From: a virus
Taxonomy: Duplodnaviria; Heunggongvirae; Uroviricota; Caudoviricetes
Reading direction: 5' to 3' (one strand)
Length of the DNA: 6,321 nucleotides
IMG/VR virus record: IMGVR_UViG_2681813201_000017
The translations under genes and the position numbers were made by a program. Positions 1 through 6,161 of the stretch are shown here, one piece after another; position 1 is the stretch's first letter, and each line of letters begins with the position of its first letter. The notes beneath the pieces were generated by a model. The model saw only the letters and a list, made by a program, of their open reading frames with translations, was not told where the DNA came from and made no database searches.

Positions 1-50
1 GCGCCGGGAATGGCGCGGTCTGCAGAAAATGAGGCAGGAAAACGCATGCA

Positions 51-83
51 AAGCCATGCACCTTATCGATGCATGGCTTTTTT
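51..83. terminator. Rho-independent terminator-like hairpin, probably bidirectional, stronger on the + strand
   Basis: Perfect 10-bp stem (51-60 aagccatgca / 70-79 tgcatggctt) with 9-nt loop, followed on + strand by a T-run 78-83. On the - strand the stem is followed by tttgcatgcgtttt, a weaker U-tract. Lies just downstream of the psu stop (114). Confidence 0.55.
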
Positions 84-113
84 CAGTAAAAACGGGCGGA
101 TTTTCGGGGAATT

Positions 114-686
114 TTACACAGACTGACGTGATGCCAGTTGCGCACTTTTACGCGAAAAAATCATGTTCTGCGCAGGGGTGAATTTTTCACGGCTGTCATC
201 CACAGAAGCCGCGTCAGGCCTGAATCCGATAGTCGTTAAAATGTCGCTATCCTGTGCGGAATAATTAATTTTTTCACCCTTCGCAAGCCAGGACAGGAGG
301 GCTTCACGCAGGGCATCTGTGGCACGCTGTATGGCACAGTTTCGGGCAATGGCCGTCAGCTCACTGTAGCCCATCAGCTCCGGTGCCAGTGCCGCCGCCA
401 GTGCTGTGCCGTGCTGCTGCATAAAATCATTCAGCCGGTCGCGGATGCTGATGTGCTGAACGGCTTCATGCGAACGAATATAACGACCGGCGGCCTGATT
501 CACCTGCCATTTTCTGACTTCGATAATATTGCGTAATTCGTCCAGGCGACTGACGTTTCTGCCTTCTCCTGACAGAAGCCGCAGGTATTCCTGTTCGGCC
601 GCTGCCAGCTCATTTTTGCGTTGCAGCCATGCTGCTTTGTTATTCTGACAGGTGTCAAAGGCCTGCTGTAAGGCTGTGCTTTCCAT
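114..686 (-). CDS. psu: Psu, polarity suppression protein (Rho antagonist / capsid decoration) of P4-type satellites, 190 aa
   Basis: ORF of exactly 190 aa as in P4 Psu; N-terminus MESTALQQAFDTCQNNKAAW matches my recollection of P4 Psu; last gene of the sid-delta-psu operon order; AGAGA-type RBS upstream of ATG at 686. Confidence 0.9.
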   Translation of the reverse strand: MESTALQQAFDTCQNNKAAWLQRKNELAAAEQEYLRLLSGEGRNVSRLDELRNIIEVRKWQVNQAAGRYIRSHEAVQHISIRDRLNDFMQQHGTALAAALAPELMGYSELTAIARNCAIQRATDALREALLSWLAKGEKINYSAQDSDILTTIGFRPDAASVDDSREKFTPAQNMIFSRKSAQLASRQSV

Positions 687-759
687 CGTTATCTCTTTCT
701 CATCATGCTGAAGAATAAAAATACGGTGTGCGGCGACGGCCGGGGTTAACCGGCAGCCT

Positions 760-1260
760 TCATTCCAGACGCAGCGAATATGATTGTGTTTTTAACCGTA
801 CTGGCGGCAGTTCCTGTTTTTCATGCAGGCGTTCTGCCAGTTCGTCCGGCGTGACCGGGCGGACAATGAAGCGGGTGATGGTCTGAAGCGTTTTAAACAC
901 CAGACCACAGCCCGGATCCGTGCACACATAAAAACGCTCGGTGACTTCCTGAGACAGACGCCGCGATGTTCTTGACAGTGCAAGGCCTTTACATCTCCGA
1001 CAACAATATCCGGTAACAAGCATTCTTTTCGGGCGTTTCATACTGCCGGAGGCTGACGTCAGTGAATCGCGGTATCTCTGTTTGCCTGAAATGTATTCCA
1101 TTCCTGAATCTTTACAGTCAGAGAAAAAGCTTTCACTCGCTTCAAATGTCGCAGAGCAATAAATATTCCGGCACTGTGCAATCATTATCTTGGTGCCATC
1201 GTCCATGAAATGTGCGCGACGGGTGTGAGCAACATGTCCACACGACGGGCAGTAAATCAT
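760..1260 (-). CDS. delta: Delta, late-gene transcriptional activator with two tandem Ogr-type zinc-finger domains, 166 aa
   Basis: Start chosen at ATG 1260 (MIYCPSCGH...) rather than the ORF-track start at 1317, because this ATG overlaps the sid stop (ATGA at 1257-1260) and gives the 166 aa expected for P4 Delta. Two Cys4 modules are visible (CPSCGH...CRNIYC and CRRC...CTDPGC), as in Ogr/Delta. Confidence 0.85.
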   Translation of the reverse strand: MIYCPSCGHVAHTRRAHFMDDGTKIMIAQCRNIYCSATFEASESFFSDCKDSGMEYISGKQRYRDSLTSASGSMKRPKRMLVTGYCCRRCKGLALSRTSRRLSQEVTERFYVCTDPGCGLVFKTLQTITRFIVRPVTPDELAERLHEKQELPPVRLKTQSYSLRLE

Positions 1261-1991
1261 GACAGCAGTCCTCTGGCCTTCAGCTCTGCTCCCTGCTGGT
1301 CTATTTTGTCCTGCCACACCTTGCGCTGTGCCGGTGTGCCTGCCACCTCATAATCCATGTGCGGAAGTGTTGCCGCTGACAGTCCGGTCAGCCGGAGAAC
1401 CGGCTCACCGGTGAGGCTGATTTGCATCTGTTTAATTTTCTGTTCCAGCGATGATTTCACCTGCTGCATGACAGCCTTTTCCGGTGCGACATAGCCCTGA
1501 TGGCCGGTGGTGTTGGCGAGCGGATTTTCCTGTACCAGGATGCTCAGATGCATTGCCCGGACAAGCGCCTCACAGGTTTCATTCAGGGCGTGTTCCAGCT
1601 CATGCTCTGCATACAGACTCAGAAGATGATGATGTGCCTTCCGGTAGGCGGTGGCCGTGCTGTCACACGCCCCTTTCAGGCGTTCACGTTCAAAATTCAG
1701 CACCACGGCCAGATTGTCATATTCCTGTACCAGCTCCCGGCGTGCCACGCGCTCAATGTGGCGCTGTTTCAGCTCGTCGCTCAGGACACCACCGGCTGCA
1801 CGAAAGGCCGTGCGCCAGTCGTCAGCATCGTTTCCGTCGGCCTGCGTCAGCGCATTTTTTTCCTGCTCTGCCCGTTCAATGGCCGTGACGGTCTCATCCA
1901 TCAGGCGGGCGTTCTCAAGATGAGCGACTCTGGCCTTTTCCAGTTGTGCCAGTGCGGGTTGCAGATATTCAGGGATGGTGTTGTCAGACAT
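1257..1991 (-). CDS. sid: Sid, external scaffold protein that redirects helper capsid assembly to small size, 244 aa
   Basis: Start chosen at ATG 1991 (MSDNTIPEYLQ...) with GAGGAG RBS 2001-2006 on the - strand, giving 244 aa as in P4 Sid; the ORF track extends 6 codons further upstream (2009) without an RBS. Stop overlaps delta start. Confidence 0.9.
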   Translation of the reverse strand: MSDNTIPEYLQPALAQLEKARVAHLENARLMDETVTAIERAEQEKNALTQADGNDADDWRTAFRAAGGVLSDELKQRHIERVARRELVQEYDNLAVVLNFERERLKGACDSTATAYRKAHHHLLSLYAEHELEHALNETCEALVRAMHLSILVQENPLANTTGHQGYVAPEKAVMQQVKSSLEQKIKQMQISLTGEPVLRLTGLSAATLPHMDYEVAGTPAQRKVWQDKIDQQGAELKARGLLS

Positions 1992-2025
1992 TTTCCGGCT
2001 CCTCGTCACTTCAGGTTAAGAAAAT

Positions 2026-2043
2026 TGTGACGTACACCGGACA
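2026..2043. promoter_or_regulatory. TGT-N12-ACA dyad, candidate Ogr/Delta activator site of a late promoter
   Basis: TGT at 2026-2028, 12-nt spacer, ACA at 2041-2043, centre about 2034.5. Lies 35-50 bp upstream of the sid ATG (1991) on the other strand. Orientation and assignment (sid promoter versus a divergent rightward late promoter) cannot be settled from sequence alone. Confidence 0.4.
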
Positions 2044-2063
2044 ACAACACGACGCATTGCAGA

Positions 2064-2081
2064 TGTGCCAGCCCTGACACA
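2064..2081. promoter_or_regulatory. Second TGT-N12-ACA dyad, candidate Delta/Ogr site for the sid promoter
   Basis: TGT 2064-2066, 12-nt spacer, ACA 2079-2081, centre about 2073.5. If the site is centred near -55 as in P2/P4 late promoters, the leftward transcript would start near 2019, leaving a leader of about 28 nt before the sid ATG at 1991. Confidence 0.45.
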
Positions 2082-2140
2082 GGAGACTCATCCTCAGACC
2101 GGCAAGCCAGGAAAAGGTCGCAGGAAAAACCGGCTTACTG

Positions 2141-2178
2141 TTTGTTTTTTTATATTTTACTGTTCACCTCTGTTCACC
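2141..2178 (+). repeat. AT-rich tract plus two direct TGTTCACC octamers (alpha-binding type I iteron sequence), ori-like
   Basis: tgtttgtttttttatattttac (2141-2160, AT-rich) followed by TGTTCACC at 2161-2168 and 2171-2178, a 10-bp register. The same octamer recurs in the cluster downstream of alpha. The array abuts the N-run, so further copies may be hidden. Confidence 0.5.
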
Positions 2179-2187
2179 TTAAGAAAA

Positions 2188-2262
2188 NNNNNNNNNNNNN
2201 NNNNNNNNNNNNNNNNNNNNNNNNNNNNNNNNNNNNNNNNNNNNNNNNNNNNNNNNNNNNNN
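2188..2262. other. Run of 75 N (unresolved or masked sequence)
   Basis: Directly visible in the sequence; ORF-track reading frames that cross it are artefacts. Confidence 1.
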
Positions 2263-2317
2263 ACGATCCCATTATGCCGCGAGTCAATGGTAGCTCAGGC
2301 GGGGCAGCCTCCGGGCT

Positions 2318-2345
2318 GGCCGGTATTCTTCGAGGCCGGTATTCT
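2318..2345 (+). repeat. Tandem direct repeat GGCCGGTATTCT x2 (2318-2329 and 2334-2345) in the leader of the rightward operon
   Basis: Two perfect 12-nt copies 16 nt apart, separated by tcga. Position corresponds to the immunity region of P4-type elements, where short sequences pair with the CI antisense RNA; assignment is inference. Confidence 0.35.
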
Positions 2346-2358
2346 CACCCCCGTCTGG

Positions 2359-2400
2359 GCTATCGCCATCGAGCGTGAGAACTCCGGCGATAGCAGTTAT
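2359..2400 (+). promoter_or_regulatory. Hairpin (9-bp stem, 18-nt loop) followed by a U-rich stretch; candidate attenuator or terminator upstream of the first rightward ORF
   Basis: gctatcgcc (2359-2367) pairs with ggcgatagc (2386-2394); followed by cagttatttgct. It sits immediately before the AAGGAGG RBS at 2411-2417. Confidence 0.3.
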
Positions 2401-2424
2401 TTGCTACTCGAAGGAGGCTGCCTT

Positions 2425-2622
2425 ATGGCTACAACCCTTACCCCCTCACACCCTGAATTTGTCTTTGTGTTTGCGGCTGTCCGTCGCGCAGACCGTCATC
2501 CCCGTATCTGTATGCTTCGCACCGTCGCCGGTGATGAACGCAGTGCCCGCCGTTCCCTTGTCCGTGACTATGTGCTCTCCCTTGCTGCCCGTCTGCCGGT
2601 GGTGGAGGTGTCCCGTGCGTAA
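2425..2622 (+). CDS. Small 65-aa protein, first ORF of the rightward (early/left-operon-like) transcription unit; occupies the position of kil in P4
   Basis: ATG 2425 preceded by strong RBS AAGGAGG (2411-2417, 7-nt spacing); stop TAA 2620-2622 overlaps the GTG start of the next ORF. Identity with P4 Kil is inferred from position only. Confidence 0.45.
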   Translation: MATTLTPSHPEFVFVFAAVRRADRHPRICMLRTVAGDERSARRSLVRDYVLSLAARLPVVEVSRA

Positions 2623-2902
2623 TAAAAAAGCCCCTCAGACCGTCTCAGCGCGTCATGACGCCCGTGAACACCTCAGCATTGAGGCTTACCATAAGCTCAA
2701 CCGCGCCAGCGCCGTATCCCAGTTTGTTGGGGGTGATTTGATTCACCGTGAACTCTCCGGCCTGCATCAGCTCTACATTCCGCATATTTTCAGCTACCTG
2801 AATGAAGATATTGATTTTGTGCTGAATGAACTGAAAGCCAAAGGCCTGTGCCGCGATTTTCTCGCCCAGCAGAAAGACCGGGGAGACAGGACGCATGTTT
2901 GA
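2615..2902 (+). CDS. 95-aa protein at the position of P4 Epsilon (helper prophage derepression); start at GTG
   Basis: GTG 2615 preceded by GGAGG (2604-2608, 6-nt spacing). The longer ORF-track version (from 2375) has an N-terminal part that overlaps the 65-aa ORF in another frame and lacks an RBS. Stop TGA 2900-2902 overlaps the ATG of the next ORF. Size and synteny fit Epsilon; I cannot verify the sequence. Confidence 0.5.
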   Translation: MRNKKAPQTVSARHDAREHLSIEAYHKLNRASAVSQFVGGDLIHRELSGLHQLYIPHIFSYLNEDIDFVLNELKAKGLCRDFLAQQKDRGDRTHV

Positions 2903-3350
2903 TTTTCCCCAGCCCGGTGAGATTTACCGTTCTGCCGGTTTTCCCGATGTGGCCGTGGTCGGCATTCTGGAAGACGGTATTCCGTGGGAAATGCCGTACC
3001 GCTGCCCGGAAATTGTCTGGAACCCGTACCGCCGTAAATTCAGTATCCTTGTGCGTATCCTCGCTGACGGACGCACCACAGACATCCCGCTGGGGCGTTT
3101 TCTGCGGGAATTTACCTGTGACCGTCCTGACCTGTTTAAACGCAGCCCCGTAAACCGGCATGCGGTACTGAAAGAAATGGCCGGAGACCCGGAATTACAG
3201 AAATGGCGGGAAAAATATCTGGATATTTACCCGCAGGACACTGTTCCGGTCAGCCGGGCAGCACCGGTGGCGCGGGAATGGCGGGAAATTCCCCGCACGG
3301 AGCCTGACCCGGAAACCACCCCGGATAACAGTTACCGCAATTATCTGTAA
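2895..3350 (+). CDS. 151-aa hypothetical protein (size and position of P4 orf151), function unknown
   Basis: ATG 2895 with GGAG 2882-2885 upstream; start overlaps the stop of the preceding ORF (ATGTTTGA); uninterrupted 151 codons in a compactly packed operon. Confidence 0.7.
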   Translation: MFDFPQPGEIYRSAGFPDVAVVGILEDGIPWEMPYRCPEIVWNPYRRKFSILVRILADGRTTDIPLGRFLREFTCDRPDLFKRSPVNRHAVLKEMAGDPELQKWREKYLDIYPQDTVPVSRAAPVAREWREIPRTEPDPETTPDNSYRNYL

Positions 3351-3378
3351 TTAAAAAACGACCCCCGAAAAATTAAAT

Positions 3379-3404
3379 GTGCGTATTCGCGCAGGGATAC
3401 GCAC
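3379..3404. promoter_or_regulatory. Inverted repeat / hairpin in the intergenic region between the 151-aa and 106-aa ORFs
   Basis: gtgcgtat (3379-3386) pairs with atacgcac (3397-3404), 8-bp stem and 10-nt loop. There is no T-run on the + strand; on the - strand it is followed by atttaatttttcggggg, so as a terminator it is oriented against the operon. Confidence 0.35.
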
Positions 3405-3423
3405 GTCTTCAGGAGACGCAGAT

Positions 3424-3489
3424 ATGCCTTATCAGTTAATGCAACCGGCACGGAATGCAGTCATCTGTCACAGGGAGAAAAGCAAATGA
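3424..3489 (+). CDS. Candidate 21-codon upstream ORF / leader peptide ([21 protein letters not shown]) coupled to the 106-aa ORF
   Basis: ATG 3424 preceded by AGGAG (3411-3415, 8-nt spacing); stop TGA 3487-3489 overlaps the ATG 3486-3488 of the next ORF (ATGA). Confidence 0.25.
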
Positions 3490-3806
3490 AAACACCCTTA
3501 CCGCCCGTCTTACGCGCTGCCCTTTACCGTCGCGCTGTCGCCTGTGCCTGGCTGACCGTGTGCGAACGTCAGCACCGCTACCCGCATCTCACCCTTGAGT
3601 CACTGGAGGCGGCCATCGCCGCTGAGCTGGAAGGCTTTTATCTGCGCCAGCACGGTGAGGAAAAAGGGCGTCAGATAGCCTGTGCCCTGCTGGAAGATTT
3701 AATGGAATCCGGCCCCCTGAAGGCCGCGCCGTCGCTGTCCTTTCTCGGGCTGGTTGTGATGGATGAACTCTGTGCCCGTCACATAAAAGCGCCGGTACTG
3801 CACTGA
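3486..3806 (+). CDS. 106-aa hypothetical protein immediately upstream of alpha, function unknown
   Basis: ATG 3486 with GGGAGA upstream; ends 14 nt before the alpha start; same strand and compact operon arrangement. Confidence 0.65.
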
Positions 3807-3820
3807 AGGAGAACAACACC

Positions 3821-6154
3821 ATGAAAATGAACGTAACCGCCACCGTCAGCCATGCGCTCGGCCACTGGCCGCGTATTCTCCCGGCGCTGGGGATTCAGGT
3901 GCTGAAAAACCGTCATCAGCCCTGTCCGGTCTGTGGCGGGAGTGACCGCTTCCGTTTTGATGACAGGGAGGGGCGCGGCACCTGGTACTGCAATCAGTGT
4001 GGTGCCGGTGACGGCCTGAAACTGGTTGAAAAGGTGTTTGGTGTTTCCCCGTCCGACGCGGCCGCAAAGGTGGCTGCCGTGACCGGCAGCCTGCCCACGG
4101 CTGACCCGGCAGTGACGGCCGCCGCCGGCGCTGAAACAGACGCTGCCCGGAAGAACGCCGCCGCACTGGCACAAACCCTGATGGCAAAAACCCGTCCCGG
4201 AACCGGTAACGCCTACCTGACCCGCAAGGGCTTTCCCGGCCGGGAATGCCGGATGCTGACCGGCACACACAGAGCCGGTGGCGTGAGCTGGCGCGCCGGT
4301 GACCTTGTGGTGCCACTGTATGACGACAGCGGCGAACTGGTTAACCTTCAGTTAATCAGTGCTGACGGCCGTAAGCGCACCCTGAAAGGCGGACAGGTCA
4401 GGGGCACCTGTCACACCCTTGAAGGACAGAATCAGGCCGGAAAACGTCTGTGGATAGCGGAGGGATACGCGACCGCACTTACCGTACATCACCTGACCGG
4501 TGAAACGGTGATGGTGGCGCTTTCTTCCGTGAACCTCCTTTCTCTGGCCAGCCTTGCCCGGCAGAAGCATCCGGCCTGTCAGATTGTCCTTGCCGCAGAC
4601 CGTGACCTCAGCGGTGACGGCCAGAAAAAAGCCGCCGCAGCCGCAGATGCGTGTGAGGGCGTTGTTGCCCTGCCGCCGGTCTTCGGTGACTGGAATGATG
4701 CCTTCACGCAGTACGGCGGGGAGGCCACCCGTAAGGCCATTTATGATGCCATCCGGCCACCGGCTGAAAGCCCGTTCGATACCATGAGCGAAGCGGAGTT
4801 TTCCGCCATGAGTACCAGCGAAAAGGCCATGCGTATCTATGAGCATTACGGCGAGGCGCTCGCGGTCGATGCCAACGGCCAGCTTCTGTCCCGCTATGAA
4901 AATGGTGTCTGGAAGGTGCTGCCGCCACAGGACTTTGCCCGGGATGTGGCCGGGCTGTTTCAGCGTCTGCGCGCGCCGTTCTCCTCCGGGAAGGTGGCCT
5001 CCGTGGTGGACACCCTGAAGCTGATTATTCCGCAGCAGGAAGCCCCCTCCCGCCGCCTGATTGGCTTTCGTAACGGCGTGCTCGACACGCAGAACGGCAC
5101 GTTCCACCCGCACAGTCCGTCACACTGGATGCGCACCCTGTGCGATGTGGATTTCACCCCGCCGGTGGACGGTGAAACGCTGGAGACCCACGCCCCCGCG
5201 TTCTGGCGCTGGCTTGACCGTGCCGCCGGTGGCCGTGCGGAAAAACGCGACGTGATTCTGGCCGCACTGTTTATGGTGCTGGCAAACCGCTACGACTGGC
5301 AGCTCTTTCTGGAGGTGACCGGTCCCGGCGGCAGCGGCAAAAGTATCATGGCCGAAATAGCCACCCTGCTGGCCGGGGAGGATAACGCCACGTCGGCCAC
5401 CATCGAGACGCTGGAATCCCCGCGTGAACGTGCCGCGTTAACTGGCTTCTCACTGATACGCCTGCCGGACCAGGAAAAATGGAGCGGCGACGGAGCCGGA
5501 CTCAAGGCCATCACCGGCGGCGATGCGGTGTCCGTTGACCCGAAATACCGGGATGCGTACTCCACGCATATCCCGGCGGTGATTCTGGCCGTGAACAATA
5601 ACCCGATGCGCTTCACCGACCGCAGCGGCGGCGTGTCACGCCGGCGGGTGATTATTCACTTCCCGGAACAGATAGCCCCGCAGGAGCGCGACCCGCAGCT
5701 TAAGGACAAAATCACCCGCGAGCTGGCGGTCATCGTGCGTCACCTGATGCAGAAGTTCAGCGACCCGATGCTCGCCCGGTCACTGCTTCAGTCCCAGCAG
5801 AACTCAGACGAGGCACTGAACATCAAACGGGATGCCGACCCGACGTTTGATTTTATCGGCTATCTGGAAACCCTGCCGCAGACCAGCGGCATGTATATGG
5901 GGAACGCCAGTATCATCCCGCGTAATTACCGTAAATACCTCTATCACGCCTATCTGGCCTACATGGAGGCAAACGGCTACCGGAATGTACTCAGTCTGAA
6001 AATGTTCGGGCTGGGGCTGCCGGTGATGCTGAAGGAATACGGACTGAATTACGAGAAGCGCCATACCAAACAGGGGATACAGACCAACCTGACGCTGAAA
6101 GAGGAAAGCTACGGCGACTGGCTGCCAAAATGTGACGACCCTGCAACAGCCTGA
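3821..6154 (+). CDS. alpha: Alpha, bifunctional DNA primase-helicase and origin-binding replication protein of P4-type satellites, 777 aa
   Basis: 777-aa ORF with AAGGAG RBS (3806-3811). N-terminal zinc-ribbon CPVCGG...CNQCG (nt 3923-4000), primase motif EGYATA (nt 4460-4477), Walker A GPGGSGKS (nt 5321-5344). N-terminus MKMNVTATVSHALGHWPRILPALG matches my recollection of P4 Alpha. Confidence 0.95.
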   Translation: MKMNVTATVSHALGHWPRILPALGIQVLKNRHQPCPVCGGSDRFRFDDREGRGTWYCNQCGAGDGLKLVEKVFGVSPSDAAAKVAAVTGSLPTADPAVTAAAGAETDAARKNAAALAQTLMAKTRPGTGNAYLTRKGFPGRECRMLTGTHRAGGVSWRAGDLVVPLYDDSGELVNLQLISADGRKRTLKGGQVRGTCHTLEGQNQAGKRLWIAEGYATALTVHHLTGETVMVALSSVNLLSLASLARQKHPACQIVLAADRDLSGDGQKKAAAAADACEGVVALPPVFGDWNDAFTQYGGEATRKAIYDAIRPPAESPFDTMSEAEFSAMSTSEKAMRIYEHYGEALAVDANGQLLSRYENGVWKVLPPQDFARDVAGLFQRLRAPFSSGKVASVVDTLKLIIPQQEAPSRRLIGFRNGVLDTQNGTFHPHSPSHWMRTLCDVDFTPPVDGETLETHAPAFWRWLDRAAGGRAEKRDVILAALFMVLANRYDWQLFLEVTGPGGSGKSIMAEIATLLAGEDNATSATIETLESPRERAALTGFSLIRLPDQEKWSGDGAGLKAITGGDAVSVDPKYRDAYSTHIPAVILAVNNNPMRFTDRSGGVSRRRVIIHFPEQIAPQERDPQLKDKITRELAVIVRHLMQKFSDPMLARSLLQSQQNSDEALNIKRDADPTFDFIGYLETLPQTSGMYMGNASIIPRNYRKYLYHAYLAYMEANGYRNVLSLKMFGLGLPVMLKEYGLNYEKRHTKQGIQTNLTLKEESYGDWLPKCDDPATA

Positions 6155-6161
6155 CCCACCT

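Noticed and set aside
687-759. Short GC-rich palindrome (gccgg ttaacc ccggc) in the delta-psu intergenic spacer
   Set aside because: Only a 5-bp stem and the U-tract is about 15 nt away on the coding strand; too weak to call as an intra-operon terminator.
792-1019. 75-aa ORF on - strand inside delta
   Set aside because: Alternative frame nested within a well-supported gene; Arg/Cys-rich translation typical of off-frame reading.
1261-1317. 19-codon N-terminal extension of delta in the ORF track
   Set aside because: Would overlap sid coding sequence by 57 nt; the ATG at 1260 gives the canonical ATGA coupling and the 166-aa length.
1992-2009. 6-codon N-terminal extension of sid in the ORF track
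   Set aside because: No RBS upstream of ATG 2009, whereas ATG 1991 has GAGGAG at proper spacing and gives 244 aa.
1484-2030. Three + strand ORFs (134, 176, 90 aa) antisense to sid
   Set aside because: Antisense to a confidently identified gene, no RBSs, Arg/Pro/Cys-rich composition. The 176-aa ORF also runs through the sid promoter region.
2142-2378. 78-aa ORF on + strand spanning the N-run
   Set aside because: Same problem: crosses the N-run, low-complexity Gly/Ser/Arg-rich translation, lies in the structured leader, no RBS.
2375-2614. N-terminal extension of the 175-aa ORF-track protein
   Set aside because: Overlaps the 65-aa ORF in a different frame, is Cys/Pro/Leu-rich with a non-protein-like composition and has no RBS. 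The in-frame GTG at 2615 has a GGAGG RBS and gives the expected 95-aa size. An alternative ATG at 2570 lacks an RBS.
2065-2622. 185-aa ORF on + strand spanning the N-run
   Set aside because: Frame is held open only by 25 unknown codons. The N-terminal part covers the AT-rich/iteron region and has no RBS. Only the C-terminal 65 codons (from ATG 2425 with AAGGAGG) are retained.
2645-3161. ORFs at 2645-2896 (-), 2790-3161 (-) and 2848-3153 (+)
   Set aside because: Overlap the epsilon-position and 151-aa ORFs in antisense or alternate frames; no independent start signals.
3589-3843. 84-aa ORF on - strand antisense to the 106-aa ORF and alpha start
   Set aside because: Antisense to coupled genes, no RBS, Pro/Arg-rich.
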